A stretch of DNA of 64,000 bases. Origin: a virus. Shown here piece after piece: positions 10,321 through 20,825 of the stretch (positions are counted from its first letter, which is position 1; the number at the start of each line of letters is the position of its first letter). Below the pieces are notes generated by a model. It saw nothing but the letters and a program-made list of their open reading frames with translations. It made no database searches and had not been told where the DNA came from. The position numbers and the translations under genes are program-made. The DNA is taken from positions 30,523 to 94,522 of the IMG/VR virus record IMGVR_UViG_3300042898_001429; one strand, 5' to 3'.

Positions 10321-10739
10321 TAGAAGTTCTCCATAAGGGTACGGCGCAACCTAGAGTTAATTTCTTCAGTGTCTTTATCTTGCTGTTGAAGGATTGTGCC
10401 CCGTAAAAGAGGGGTAGGAGCAAGGTGCCCATTTCCGTATTCCAAGTTCATTGCTCTTTCCTGGGTGGCGTCATCCCCAGAGATTGAGTATGCAAATTGA
10501 CGGTTTTCATGTTCATAAGAAACTGAAATAGAATCGGCAATGTCAGCCCAACCAGTGCCAGATTTACGGGCATTTTCTTGCATTTCATTTTGGGTTTGTT
10601 TAGCCTTAGAGTGGAGTATCTCCATAAGGGTCTTGTCGTATATACGCAAAAGGTTGTCCACATAGTCCACAGCACTCAATGAGCCGTTGAAAATACCACC
10701 AGAACCCTTGGGCGTGTATGTTGAAGAAAAGCCACTCAT
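10320..10739 (-). CDS. Neck / tail completion protein (HK97 gp10-like)
   Basis: LEYGNGHLAPTPLLR motif; position. Confidence 0.5.
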   Translation of the reverse strand: MSGFSSTYTPKGSGGIFNGSLSAVDYVDNLLRIYDKTLMEILHSKAKQTQNEMQENARKSGTGWADIADSISVSYEHENRQFAYSISGDDATQERAMNLEYGNGHLAPTPLLRGTILQQQDKDTEEINSRLRRTLMENF

Positions 10740-10806
10740 CGGCGGGACTCCAGGGTTCTAGGCGTTGGACCCCCTAATGAGCACCATTAGGGTTACAACT
10801 ATTTTA

Positions 10807-11343
10807 TCAGGTACCAGGCAACCTTGAAGGCCAAGGCAAATTTTGTGTTGCAAAGGGTGCTGGACCTGTGTCAAAAGGCATTTCTTGGTCAACATAAATT
10901 TCAAGACCTTCAACGACAATAAGGACATCGTCCTTAGCACGCCCTCTTACCTTGTAAGACATCACTGACATATAACGACCATCATATAAAAAGATGTCAT
11001 TTAGATGGTTCCTATACTCAAAAGGGTCACTAATACCTGCTTGACGAAAGTCTTCAATTGATGCCACAACGTTTACAATTTCAACGGGTTGGCGACCTTC
11101 AGGAATTGCACGCTTAGTATCTTCAGACTCTGTGACCATTAAAACAGGGACAACAACACCCGCTTTGTATTTACGACCACTGGCACCATACCCGCCTTCG
11201 TCGTAGACATCATCATATGTAGAGCCTGCACTAGCAGATGCGGCAAATGGTTGATACTCAAACCACATGATAGTTTCACCAACTTGTTGCTGGTACCCAC
11301 GATACTGCTTGCGAATGTGGGCTAGTTCTCTGCGTACATCCAT
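10807..11343 (-). CDS. Head-tail connector (stopper-like)
   Basis: Position in neck cluster; TAATG-coupled to upstream gene. Confidence 0.45.
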   Translation of the reverse strand: MDVRRELAHIRKQYRGYQQQVGETIMWFEYQPFAASASAGSTYDDVYDEGGYGASGRKYKAGVVVPVLMVTESEDTKRAIPEGRQPVEIVNVVASIEDFRQAGISDPFEYRNHLNDIFLYDGRYMSVMSYKVRGRAKDDVLIVVEGLEIYVDQEMPFDTGPAPFATQNLPWPSRLPGT

Positions 11344-12146
11344 TACAAGAACGTGTTGGTCGTGTAACCACTAGGTGGGTCCATATCAATAAAGATATCC
11401 TCACGCAACGGTTCATCTGGAGCAGTGATGAGGATGTGACCTTCTGTGTCATCAGCAAAGATGCGCTCAATGGGACCATAATCCCCAAGTTCTTTGGCTT
11501 TGAACAATGGTACGTAACGGTTAGTAGTGCGAGACACACGGCGAAGGCTGAACTGTTCAATACGCTCAGGACCAATATTGAGGTTATTGGCGTGCTTACG
11601 GTACTCAATTTCCCATGCTTGGCAGAGGTTCTGGAGCATACGAAAACGAGAACTAGCAGGGATGTGTACGGACTCTGAGGTCATTACATCAATGTCACGG
11701 GCATACTCAGTCATAAGAGCCTGTAGAGCCTCTACAAGCGCTCCCAGACCCACTACGTCCAACACAGCGGCTGATGCCTGCTCTAAAGGTACGGCAATGG
11801 TTGGGGTATGGAAGTTAATTGAACGTTCTGAGTAAAATTGAAGGTCTTCAGGAAGAATCCACTCATAGTAATATCCTTCCACCATAATCTTTGTCCCCGC
11901 TGTAGGGGTGGTTGCCATACGTAAAATACCGTTACGTGCATCCAGGCTGTACTGGCTAGTAGTTAATTCCGTTGCGCTGGCACCAGTAGTGCTAGCAATC
12001 CACAAAGTAGTACTATCAACATTAGTTTGTCCTAGTTCGTAAGTGCGTCCAATGGCATCAAAAGACACCTGAAAGAATTTAGGGAAGTCACGAAGGTAGT
12101 TTCGTGCCAATTGCATTGTGTGTTCAAGGGGAGTCAAAGTAGCCAT
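11343..12146 (-). CDS. Head-tail adaptor / neck protein
   Basis: Position; YSLDARNGILR beta module. Confidence 0.45.
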   Translation of the reverse strand: MATLTPLEHTMQLARNYLRDFPKFFQVSFDAIGRTYELGQTNVDSTTLWIASTTGASATELTTSQYSLDARNGILRMATTPTAGTKIMVEGYYYEWILPEDLQFYSERSINFHTPTIAVPLEQASAAVLDVVGLGALVEALQALMTEYARDIDVMTSESVHIPASSRFRMLQNLCQAWEIEYRKHANNLNIGPERIEQFSLRRVSRTTNRYVPLFKAKELGDYGPIERIFADDTEGHILITAPDEPLREDIFIDMDPPSGYTTNTFL

Positions 12147-12154
12147 AGTCTATT

Positions 12155-12316
12155 TTACTGGTCTCCAGAGCCTGCGCCTGGGATAGTGTCTTGGGCAGGT
12201 TGGTTTACCTGTGGCTGGGTTTCACGATAACGGCGTGCCATAACGCCACGGACACGTGTTATGTCACTTACAGTACCTGTAGGTCTAGATATGGGGCGTT
12301 CTAAATCAGTCACCAT
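12155..12316 (-). CDS. Small hypothetical protein (53 aa)
   Basis: Manual ORF MVTDLERPISRPTGTVSDITRVRG...GDQ* fills the gap. Confidence 0.45.
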   Translation of the reverse strand: MVTDLERPISRPTGTVSDITRVRGVMARRYRETQPQVNQPAQDTIPGAGSGDQ

Positions 12317-12552
12317 AATTCCTTTGGACACGCAGAATGTAACAATTTAACTTTAGCAGGCATAAAGCAATGGCACAAAGAGCACTGCTTGGTAACCATG
12401 AGTTCGGGGCAGGATTCACATATAGATAAACGATTATCTGCTGTTTCAGTATCTACATACTCAGTCTCAGGGTTCAGAAAATCTAAAGGAGAGACGTTGC
12501 CTTGTTCTTGCTGTGCAAGGTTTTTAGCCTTCCACTCTTGCCATAGGCTCAT
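12310..12552 (-). CDS. Small Cys-rich protein (DUF6171-like)
   Basis: RLSICESC...QCSLCHCFMPAKVKL...CPKELW; start MSLWQ overlaps upstream stop (ATGA). Confidence 0.6.
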   Translation of the reverse strand: MSLWQEWKAKNLAQQEQGNVSPLDFLNPETEYVDTETADNRLSICESCPELMVTKQCSLCHCFMPAKVKLLHSACPKELW

Positions 12553-12755
12553 TGCTGTCCCCCATGGAGCCGTTCTACAACTTTTGTAAACTTTTCCCCG
12601 TCCCATTCAGACCCGTATGCCAAATCTTTATCATGTAAAACAAACGTAGGATTTGAAAAGTATGCAGACACCATCAAATCACGCATATTTCCTGTTTTTG
12701 GAATAGGGATGCTAAAAGCAATATCTCCCTCAACAATTACAACAATATAGTCCAT
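12549..12755 (-). CDS. Hypothetical protein
   Basis: Clean ORF, AAGGA RBS. Confidence 0.6.
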   Translation of the reverse strand: MDYIVVIVEGDIAFSIPIPKTGNMRDLMVSAYFSNPTFVLHDKDLAYGSEWDGEKFTKVVERLHGGQQ

Positions 12756-12776
12756 TTAATAATCCTTTAAAAGTTT

Positions 12777-13859
12777 TTAAGAAAAGTAAGGATATCCATC
12801 ACATTTTGAGTCTGTCCAATAGTAAGTACCTGTCAATGGGCATTGGATTACACGGTAGGACACACCGTAGGAACAATTACTACCACATGAGTAGCAAATG
12901 TTGTAGTCACCAAAAAATTTAAGATATGGGTTAAAAGCAACATTGTAAACGTAGACCCAACGGTTATCGGCACTTCCATAACCATACCGTTCCATCCATA
13001 AGTTCCAACCCTCATACAAACCAGATGCATCTTGAAGGCTAAAACGGTCAGTACAACTACCTGTGTTGGTCCAATCAGTGACAATATGTTCGGTACACCC
13101 TGATTTAGTAATATATTCTTGGTATTGGTCTTGACCGTTGCATCCGCCACCGCAACCGACAGTTCTATTACGTGTTTGAAGGGCAGACCAGCCATTAGTG
13201 CTAGCCGCTTTACACTCACATGCTCTTTCTGTACAAGTAGTCTCAGAAACTACGTTATATGGAGAGGTGGGTTCGCATCCACTTTTTGTGTAAGTTGTTG
13301 TAGTAACTGTTTTTCTTCCGCATGTTCCGCAGTCTGCATCAACACTTGAAGAAGACGAACCCCATCCTGTGCCACCATTGGCAACAGTACGACAATCTAA
13401 AGGCGTTGTAACGTTTCTAACCGTTGGGATATCACTAGTACCTGCGGAGTTTGTTGCTGATAAATAGTAATTATAAGTAGTGTTTTCCACTAACCCAGTA
13501 ATAGTGGATGTTACATCTTGAGATGTAGCACCTGTAAGGGCAGTAAGTTCTGTGCCTGCGGTATACGCACTATCCGCATTCTTTTTGTAATAGAAACGAG
13601 GAGTAGCGGAAAGGTTGTTAGGGTCAACTGCACCATTAGCAGTAATCCTGTCAAATGCAGATGATGAACCAGCGGCAGTGGTAACTACTGGTCTGTTGTT
13701 CCAAACCTCAACCCACCCTGAGCCATTGTGTGCAAAAACCTTTTTAGCGTAAGACCACACGCTTGGGGAGGTACAGTACCTGACGTCAGCCCAAGCAGTA
13801 AAAGCACTAGCGCCAGTTGCAAAACCTTTGGGAGGTTTATTTAGGTCTGTAGCAGGCAT
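12777..13859 (-). CDS. Virion fibre-like protein: Fn3-like domain plus Cys-rich repeats
   Basis: ITGLVENTTYNYYLSATNSAG (Fn3); Cys-rich C-terminal half. Confidence 0.55.
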   Translation of the reverse strand: MPATDLNKPPKGFATGASAFTAWADVRYCTSPSVWSYAKKVFAHNGSGWVEVWNNRPVVTTAAGSSSAFDRITANGAVDPNNLSATPRFYYKKNADSAYTAGTELTALTGATSQDVTSTITGLVENTTYNYYLSATNSAGTSDIPTVRNVTTPLDCRTVANGGTGWGSSSSSVDADCGTCGRKTVTTTTYTKSGCEPTSPYNVVSETTCTERACECKAASTNGWSALQTRNRTVGCGGGCNGQDQYQEYITKSGCTEHIVTDWTNTGSCTDRFSLQDASGLYEGWNLWMERYGYGSADNRWVYVYNVAFNPYLKFFGDYNICYSCGSNCSYGVSYRVIQCPLTGTYYWTDSKCDGYPYFS

Positions 13860-13862
13860 CTG

Positions 13863-14660
13863 CTAAACCTGAATGTAGACGTCGCCAGCCGCTCCAGTAG
13901 GCGGAGTGGCAGAAGTTCCTACGGTAACGTTTCCAACAGTTGGCCTGCCTGTAATACCTGTCCATGGGGCAGCCGTGGCTGTACCAGTAAGGTTTGCTGT
14001 GATAGTTCCAGCAGAAAAGTTGCCACTTCCATCACGCTGAACAATATTATTAGCAGTATTAGTAGTGGATACTGCTACATACTCAGCAACGTTTTCCCAC
14101 ATACTTGAGGTGGTTTTAATGTATACCTGAGATTGCCCAGTACTAGAAGATACTGAAGTGTTGATGTAGATGTCACCAACAGTGCCAAGGCTAGAACCTG
14201 GGGCACCAACTCCAGTACGAATGTGATTACTTGGCGTAGTAATACGCTTATCAATAATACGTGCTTCAGTAATAATGTCAGTAGTTCCAGCAGCACGGTA
14301 TACCGAGGCAAGGAATACGTCACCAGCAGACAGTGGTGGGAATGTAGGGTTAGAACCACCATAGGCAGTACCATCACGCTTAGTTATGGTTCCAACGGAG
14401 TTTACTACTACAAGGTCAAAACGAGCCGACCCAGAACTACCCTGTCCTAGAGAAAGGGTAGTAGATGCAACAGTGAAGTAAGCGCCATTAGAAACGACTT
14501 CACCAGCAGCAATTGTTACTGTCTGGTCAGAGTTAGCAGATACAGCACAACCAGAAATGACACCAGTTCTGCGGTCACCTAGGGCTACGAAATCACCACT
14601 ATCAGGCTCAGATTGGTCTATTACCGAGGCGTCAGGAGCATTGGGGATTCTATAACCCAT
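13863..14660 (-). CDS. Virion structural / head-fibre-like protein
   Basis: RFDLVVVN, GVGAPGSSLGTVGDIYINT, IVQRDGSGNFSAGTITA fibre motifs. Confidence 0.6.
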   Translation of the reverse strand: MGYRIPNAPDASVIDQSEPDSGDFVALGDRRTGVISGCAVSANSDQTVTIAAGEVVSNGAYFTVASTTLSLGQGSSGSARFDLVVVNSVGTITKRDGTAYGGSNPTFPPLSAGDVFLASVYRAAGTTDIITEARIIDKRITTPSNHIRTGVGAPGSSLGTVGDIYINTSVSSSTGQSQVYIKTTSSMWENVAEYVAVSTTNTANNIVQRDGSGNFSAGTITANLTGTATAAPWTGITGRPTVGNVTVGTSATPPTGAAGDVYIQV

Positions 14661-14668
14661 TATTTACC

Positions 14669-14905
14669 TCAGAGAGTATCGTAGATGTTTCCGTGCGCCT
14701 TCAGGTGTGTGAAGAGGTCGGAAGGGATGTTGTAGGTTTTGCCTTCTTCAAAGTCATAAACCTTGCTGCCCCAATACATTGTCCAGGTGCCTTTAACACG
14801 GGCACGCTTTTGGTCGGACTCTGGTGCTGGTGCGGGGGTTGCAATAACTTCTTCCGTATCGGAAATAGGTTCTGCAAATACATTTGTTGTTCGGGTGGTA
14901 GCCAT
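14669..14905 (-). CDS. Small capsid-adjacent protein
   Basis: AGGAG RBS; directly downstream of MCP. Confidence 0.6.
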   Translation of the reverse strand: MATTRTTNVFAEPISDTEEVIATPAPAPESDQKRARVKGTWTMYWGSKVYDFEEGKTYNIPSDLFTHLKAHGNIYDTL

Positions 14906-14943
14906 TTATAACTCCTAGTTATGTGTATGTGTGTGTTGGTGAA

Positions 14944-14971
14944 ATGGTGAGGGGCCGAAACCCCTCACCAT
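14944..14971 (-). terminator. Hairpin downstream of major capsid gene
   Basis: ATGGTGAGGGG-TTTCGG-CCCCTCACCAT, 11-bp stem with UUCG-type loop, short U tract. Confidence 0.65.
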
Positions 14972-14988
14972 CATATCTCACTCCTTTA

Positions 14989-16077
14989 TCAGGAGATTGA
15001 ACCACCGAGTGTGTTAATAAGTACACGGGATTCTGCGGTGATAACACCGAAGCCCCAAATTGCGTACCAAGCAAGTCCATGCTCACGACCAAAGTCAATG
15101 ACGCCACCGTCACGGAGTTCCACTGGCAATGCAATGGCTTGTCCGAAGGCGTTGTCACCAATCATGATGGCTGAGTATGAGTTTGCTGAAGGCTCTTGAG
15201 CACCAGCAAGTCCTGTGTTGATGTCAACAACGCCTGAACCAAGCGCTGAAGTCTTCAAAACCTGGGTGGTTTCAATGAATACTACGTCATAGAGACGACC
15301 AATTTCACCGAGCATAAAGTTACCTGGAGCGGCATACTTTGTTACTTCAATGAATTCAGGCCAGTCACGGATTGAACGGCTTTGTGATGGGTGAACGAAA
15401 CAAACGTAAGTGTCGCCAAGGCGAGGAATGTTTTGTCCAGCAAGCACTTCAACTGCGTCCTTGATGGAAGCAGGTGACATGTAGCCAGGTGATGCAGAAG
15501 CACCAAGGGTACCTGCATCATAAGGTGAGATAGCACCACGAGTGGTAGCCGCTGTACGACCAAACACTACGTTTGGTGCAACTGCTGCGCCTCCACCGAA
15601 AGGGATACCTGCGGAATAAAGGGTGTTACGAGCCTGAGCGTCCATTGACTGCGCCATGTGGCGACCAAGGAGACGAGAAGCAGACGCCATGACGTCATCA
15701 AATGATGCATTGAGCAACAATTCGGTGACAGCCGTAGCCTGACCCTGTTCCTTAACAGTGATTTGGATTTGGCTAGCGGAAAGAGCCACTGGCTCCATAC
15801 GCACACCTTCAGTTAGTTGTGCACCAACCTGCTCATCAACCGAAAGGTTGTTGTAACGCATGAAGTTAATAGTGAGACCTGGCATAACGCCCAGTTCCGT
15901 CTTCTTGACGGCAAACTGTTCAAAGCGAAGCACTGGCATCGCTTGGAAAAGGATTTCTTTTGACCAGATAGTCTGGATTGCTGGGCTGAGTGTTGCATCA
16001 CTTGAGTAGCCTGTGGTCGTAATTGACCCAAGACCTGCTCCTGTAATAGCACCACCGACGGGACCTGGAAGGGCCAT
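14989..16077 (-). CDS. Major capsid protein (N4-gp56-like family)
   Basis: QAMPVLRFEQFA, GEIGRLYDVVFIET, DFGREHGLAWY; GGAGG RBS. Confidence 0.92.
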   Translation of the reverse strand: MALPGPVGGAITGAGLGSITTTGYSSDATLSPAIQTIWSKEILFQAMPVLRFEQFAVKKTELGVMPGLTINFMRYNNLSVDEQVGAQLTEGVRMEPVALSASQIQITVKEQGQATAVTELLLNASFDDVMASASRLLGRHMAQSMDAQARNTLYSAGIPFGGGAAVAPNVVFGRTAATTRGAISPYDAGTLGASASPGYMSPASIKDAVEVLAGQNIPRLGDTYVCFVHPSQSRSIRDWPEFIEVTKYAAPGNFMLGEIGRLYDVVFIETTQVLKTSALGSGVVDINTGLAGAQEPSANSYSAIMIGDNAFGQAIALPVELRDGGVIDFGREHGLAWYAIWGFGVITAESRVLINTLGGSIS

Positions 16078-16111
16078 AGTGTTATCCTCCGTGGATAGGG
16101 GTTGTTATGTT

Positions 16112-16921
16112 TTAGTACCGACCCCTACGAGAGGGGGTGGCGTTCATGAGCCGTTCACGCATCTTTGCATACTGTTCCATTGGCATATTCCGAATATCTT
16201 CGGCTGTAAGCGTTTGGTATTCCGTTTGATTTTCCATAGGCCCAGTGGGGGGTGACGTTGGCGACACTCCCCTCAAACGACCCTGCTGTTGCTGAGTCGC
16301 TTGTTGGATTGATTCAATAATAGCATTACTTCTCTCACGAAGCACGGCGATTGAGTTTTCAATTTCTTCTTCGCTGTTTCCTGCGACCAAGTCAATGAGT
16401 TCAGGGATAATTGCTTCCTGCTCATCGTTCACTCGGCGTTGACGATATGAGGTCAGTGCCTGCAATGCACGCTCTTTTTCAAGGAGTGCTTCTTGCTGGG
16501 AACGCTGGCGCTCAATTTCATCAAAGCGGGTCTTATAATCTTGCTCAATCTGAGACAACTTTACGTTGAACTCATCTTCACGCTTGAGCAGAAGTTCTTT
16601 TGCACTGAGTTCAGATACTTCTCGTTCCCGAATAAGTTCTGATTCCTTGCTTGCACGCATTTCGGCTTCTTTTTGAGCAGCCTCACGCTCTTGAGCAATC
16701 AAGTTCATTTGCTCTTCCATCGCTTTTACACGTGTATCTGCGTCTTCAAGACGCTTGTACATCTTGTCTTTTTCCTGCTTGCGGATTGACTCAACGTCAT
16801 CCTCAGTAAAAGTCTTGGATGGATTCTTTTTCATTGCGTCCTCAACGAACTGCTCCACTTGTGGAGAGTCTACTGGAACGGAAATAATGTCCCCTTCGGG
16901 GACGTTGCTACGGTTTGCCAT
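16112..16921 (-). CDS. Capsid scaffolding protein
   Basis: Coiled-coil E/K/R-rich, C-terminal IRNMPMEQYAKMRERL; between portal and MCP. Confidence 0.8.
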   Translation of the reverse strand: MANRSNVPEGDIISVPVDSPQVEQFVEDAMKKNPSKTFTEDDVESIRKQEKDKMYKRLEDADTRVKAMEEQMNLIAQEREAAQKEAEMRASKESELIREREVSELSAKELLLKREDEFNVKLSQIEQDYKTRFDEIERQRSQQEALLEKERALQALTSYRQRRVNDEQEAIIPELIDLVAGNSEEEIENSIAVLRERSNAIIESIQQATQQQQGRLRGVSPTSPPTGPMENQTEYQTLTAEDIRNMPMEQYAKMRERLMNATPSRRGRY

Positions 16922-16969
16922 AGGATTTACCTCATTTGTTTGGCGGATTGGAACTTGTTTTGTTTACTT

Positions 16970-18658
16970 TTAGTTATCTTCGTCAGGATTACGACGCTGG
17001 GCGAACCTTGCACCGTAAGCCTTACTTACAATTTTATTTACGAGTTCCCCTTCAACGGCGCTTGCGGCACCGACTCCAGGAAGTGGCGAGGATGAATTCC
17101 CCGTCGTAGATACATTAGCACCTCCAGCAGAGGCTGGCTCAACACCACCACCGTCTGAAATCATGCCTGTAGCCAACATAATTGCTTGCTGAATTTGAGC
17201 ACGCATCATGTCCAAAGCGCCTTGGTCAATGGCATCGTCTTGAAGTTCTTCAAAGATTTCTGCCATCTTTTCATTGGGGAATTCTTCACCAAGAATACGC
17301 AAAGCGCCACGCTTAGATTCCAAACCAAGTTGCATCTTGGCTTGAACTTCGTTGAGTTTAATAAGTTGGTCAACGGGAAGAGGCTCAGGCCAATGAACCG
17401 TTGTTTGATAGGTTGTTGGGTCAAGAGGGTCCAATTGAGTCAATTGGTCAATCTCAGGCTGGGACGTCTTTGATGGGTCGTACACCAACATTTGTGGTTC
17501 AAAAACAGCCGCAGTACGAATGATGATTTCGTTAACACGCTCAAGACCCTTGGTAAAGTGAATCTTCTTCATGTTGAAACGGTTCATCATTGGCTGGTAC
17601 TGGATAGCCAATGCCACACCAGAGGTGTTAGAAATTGGTTGCATTTGACCAAGAGCAGTTTCAGGCACACCAGTAATCTCATGCATAGTGCGCTTAATTA
17701 CTTGGATGTATTCCAAGGCACCAGACATCTCACCACGAGATTCAAGGTTGAATACGTTGGCATCTTTTGGAAGTCCAGCCCAAACCTTCTTAGGTCCACG
17801 CTCTAATTGAGAAGCCTTAGCACCAGTAATGATTGTTACAGGAGCGGCGTGGTAGTTGATGATGTCAGAAACTTCAACCATCTTCTCATTGAGTTCACGG
17901 TTAAGAGGAATGATGTCCCAGATATCTGACTGACCCCATGGAGAAGAAGAGATAGTGACGTTAGGAATATGCACAACTGGAATTGTTCCCAAAGCATTGG
18001 GGTATTCGTCAATTAGTTCATCGTTGATGAACTGTTGTACAAGGTCATCAGAAAGGATTTCAGTAAAGGTATAAACCTGACGAGTTCCTTCAGGAGATGT
18101 ACCCCAGAAGCGATACTTTAACTTAAAGCGAAGAAGTCGGTCACGGTCATGTGGGTGATACTCAGGGAAACAATGTGCTGGGTTCAACGGGATAACACGG
18201 ATGCGACCAGTGTGGGGAATACCTACAGAGTCTGTGTACGGTTCTTCATAAGCAATCTTTACGAAGCAGTCGCCAGTAACAGATGCCAACTGACCCATTT
18301 CCCACATAACATAATGCTTACTGTTGTGGATATCCCACACTTCATGCAAAAGGCTTGGGATGATAGCGCCATTTTGTTCAGGGCAACGAAACTGGACACT
18401 CTTACCAAAACAAAAGTTGGTGATGTAATCCGACATCGTGCGGGTGTAGTTCATGTAGAACTGTGATTCACCCATTTCACGGCGATAAGACCAATGGTGA
18501 CCAAGGTACCAAGCCCACGCAGATGCGTAACGGTTTAAGCGAGGACCATGTACTTCAAACTCTTCGTCAGCAAGTTCCACCAAACCAAGTGGGGAAATCG
18601 CAACGGTGAGGTCGCTAGAAGACGCTCTATATGATGGGGACCAAAAATCAACTGCCAT
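16970..18658 (-). CDS. Portal protein (SPP1 gp6-like)
   Basis: NALGTIPVVHIPN, WGQSDI, NTSGVAL motifs; 562 aa. Confidence 0.9.
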   Translation of the reverse strand: MAVDFWSPSYRASSSDLTVAISPLGLVELADEEFEVHGPRLNRYASAWAWYLGHHWSYRREMGESQFYMNYTRTMSDYITNFCFGKSVQFRCPEQNGAIIPSLLHEVWDIHNSKHYVMWEMGQLASVTGDCFVKIAYEEPYTDSVGIPHTGRIRVIPLNPAHCFPEYHPHDRDRLLRFKLKYRFWGTSPEGTRQVYTFTEILSDDLVQQFINDELIDEYPNALGTIPVVHIPNVTISSSPWGQSDIWDIIPLNRELNEKMVEVSDIINYHAAPVTIITGAKASQLERGPKKVWAGLPKDANVFNLESRGEMSGALEYIQVIKRTMHEITGVPETALGQMQPISNTSGVALAIQYQPMMNRFNMKKIHFTKGLERVNEIIIRTAAVFEPQMLVYDPSKTSQPEIDQLTQLDPLDPTTYQTTVHWPEPLPVDQLIKLNEVQAKMQLGLESKRGALRILGEEFPNEKMAEIFEELQDDAIDQGALDMMRAQIQQAIMLATGMISDGGGVEPASAGGANVSTTGNSSSPLPGVGAASAVEGELVNKIVSKAYGARFAQRRNPDEDN

Positions 18659-18702
18659 GTTGCATACACCTTACCATCAATACTGACAGTAACTAAAAGT
18701 GT

Positions 18703-18993
18703 TTAGGCTTTTGCTTTAGGAGCAGCCTTTTTAGCAGGCTGTTTCTTCTTCGCTACTTCAGCGGTTACTTCCTCAACAATTTTAGGAAGTTCTACAGATG
18801 CCTTAGTAAGGAAGTTAGCCGTTCCTTTGTCACCAACAAGGGTGCTTGCATACGCAAGACCTGTGATAACAAGTGGCATGATGGCGGCTTGTGCGCCTGG
18901 GTCAATGTTTGCCTTAGCAAGGAAATATGAAAGTGCGCCGACAGCGGCACCCTTTAGAGTCTGGTCTGCGACCTGTTGGTTCTTTGTAGCCAT
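18703..18993 (-). CDS. Small membrane protein (holin-like)
   Basis: Two hydrophobic segments, Lys-rich tail; AGGAG RBS. Confidence 0.5.
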   Translation of the reverse strand: MATKNQQVADQTLKGAAVGALSYFLAKANIDPGAQAAIMPLVITGLAYASTLVGDKGTANFLTKASVELPKIVEEVTAEVAKKKQPAKKAAPKAKA

Positions 18994-19034
18994 GAGAATC
19001 TCCTGTATGGAATGTACCTAACAATGATACTACG

Positions 19035-19331
19035 TTATCGGTGAAGGTAGTTAATCTTTTTGACCATCCCCATTGGAATCATGATTCCGTTTCCTGCGTG
19101 GGTGTCATTAATAAGAGAAACTAACTTGACGCACTCGGCGTCTTTATGCATGAGATACCCAACAGACAGAGATTTGGCTGGCTTTGACTTTTGAATTTCT
19201 TCAAGGCCAAACCAACCATTCTCAATGTCTGATGCATCCAACCAAAGGACTTCTACAAGAGGTGGTTTTTTAGGATTTGCTTTTCCAAACACTGCATTAA
19301 CGAAGTCTTTGAAGTCTGGAAGAGAGGACAT
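19035..19331 (-). CDS. Hypothetical protein
   Basis: VEVLWLDA...SVGYL motif; TAGAAT 7 nt upstream of ATG. Confidence 0.65.
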   Translation of the reverse strand: MSSLPDFKDFVNAVFGKANPKKPPLVEVLWLDASDIENGWFGLEEIQKSKPAKSLSVGYLMHKDAECVKLVSLINDTHAGNGIMIPMGMVKKINYLHR

Positions 19332-19336
19332 GACAC

Positions 19337-20485
19337 CTATTCTACACCTAGTAATTTGCCCTTATAAAACATGGTTCCATCATGGATTGGGAGCATTTCA
19401 GGATGAAACGCACCGTCTCCTTCTTGGTAGTAAATAATCCCAAGACCTTGTTGCCAATCCTCTACACAAGTGATTGGGCGACCATCCAAGTCCATACCAC
19501 CCTTGGTAGATGGCACCATACCGTCTACACGGGCTAGACAGCCAAAGGAGATAGCGGCAATGGTCTTAGGACCATCCCAGTCGCTCCGTGTGCGCTCTGC
19601 CCACTCACGGCGGTGGATATGCCCATAGACCACTGAGGACTTCTCTGTGCCTAGGTATTTGTGGGCTGTAGAGCCACCTGAAGCCACTTTGGTTCCGTGG
19701 ATAATCTTGATGCGGTTATTTAGCCAAAACTGGCTGGCAGGGTACCCAGCAAAGTACTCCACCCCAAAGTCGTCAAAACGGCACAGGAAGGGGATAGAGA
19801 GCACTGGGAAGGATGTAGGGGTATTACCCTGCTTCAAACCAAATGCGGCTTTAGCGTTGTCAATGATGTAGTTCGTAAGACGAATCTCATGGTTACCTTC
19901 CATCCAGATAATGCGAGCATAAGGAGCCGCATCTCTGATTTGGGCACACAACGTGGTTAGGTAATCAATTGTTGCTTGGGTAGTCAAAGAGAACGCAGGA
20001 CTCAACCGATACTTTGACATCTCTGGAAGGTCAGCATTATCCCCGTTTAGGGCTACGATGTCAGGTTTTTCTGCTTTAATAACTGCAAGTGCGTAGTCCA
20101 TTGCAACTGGGTCGTGAGTACTAATCAGTTCCCCGCTTGCATCACGGAAGAACCCAGCCTGAATGTCAGGAAGCACAACGCACTTCTTCCAAGTAGATAC
20201 CGATTGTTTTACAGTAACTTTAGGAAGTTTAATTGCAGGACCTTGGTTAACAGGATTCCACTCAGGACCTTCTGCCCACTTGGGGGAGAATTGGATAGCC
20301 GCAAGGTCATGAATCTGTGCTTCACCATCTTGGTCTTTTGTTAAAGATTGGTAGAGGCTGACACGTTTTACAGAACCAATTTCATTGATGTCAATGTTTT
20401 GTCGGTCAAGGATTTCAACTAACTTACCAAGTGCTTGCGCTTTGGACTCGGGTGGTGTGGACAACTTATCTGCTAATTCGCTCAC
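19337..20485 (-). CDS. Calcineurin-like metallophosphoesterase
   Basis: PDIQ, NGDNAD, GNHE, IIHG, GHIHR motifs. Confidence 0.85.
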   Translation of the reverse strand: MSELADKLSTPPESKAQALGKLVEILDRQNIDINEIGSVKRVSLYQSLTKDQDGEAQIHDLAAIQFSPKWAEGPEWNPVNQGPAIKLPKVTVKQSVSTWKKCVVLPDIQAGFFRDASGELISTHDPVAMDYALAVIKAEKPDIVALNGDNADLPEMSKYRLSPAFSLTTQATIDYLTTLCAQIRDAAPYARIIWMEGNHEIRLTNYIIDNAKAAFGLKQGNTPTSFPVLSIPFLCRFDDFGVEYFAGYPASQFWLNNRIKIIHGTKVASGGSTAHKYLGTEKSSVVYGHIHRREWAERTRSDWDGPKTIAAISFGCLARVDGMVPSTKGGMDLDGRPITCVEDWQQGLGIIYYQEGDGAFHPEMLPIHDGTMFYKGKLLGVE

Positions 20486-20750
20486 AAGAGCACTCCTTGT
20501 TTACGTGACGTTGCACAGTGCTTACACTTACAAAATGACCAAAAGAATCTAGTACTTTAGATAGCCACGAAGCGCTGAACTTCTTTGATTTTCCCATTCC
20601 AGCATCTTGACGGATTCCATCAACTGCTCTATCTAGGGCTTCTTTTTCCTCATTACTGAGGATGTCACGTATTTGGGTGAACTTACACAGTAAGTTATCG
20701 CCCTGTACACGAGGAGTTGTTAACGCCTCTACAAGTGAATTGGGTTCCAC
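20466..20750 (-). CDS. Hypothetical protein (possible HTH, C-terminal H..CSC)
   Basis: VSVSTVQRHVNKECSC. Confidence 0.5.
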   Translation of the reverse strand: MEPNSLVEALTTPRVQGDNLLCKFTQIRDILSNEEKEALDRAVDGIRQDAGMGKSKKFSASWLSKVLDSFGHFVSVSTVQRHVNKECSCERISR

Positions 20751-20825
20751 TGCTAGTCCTTCTGTTAGTGTGGTTTATTCACAAACCACATCACCAACAT
20801 ACTACCATCCCAATCAGGTTGTCAA

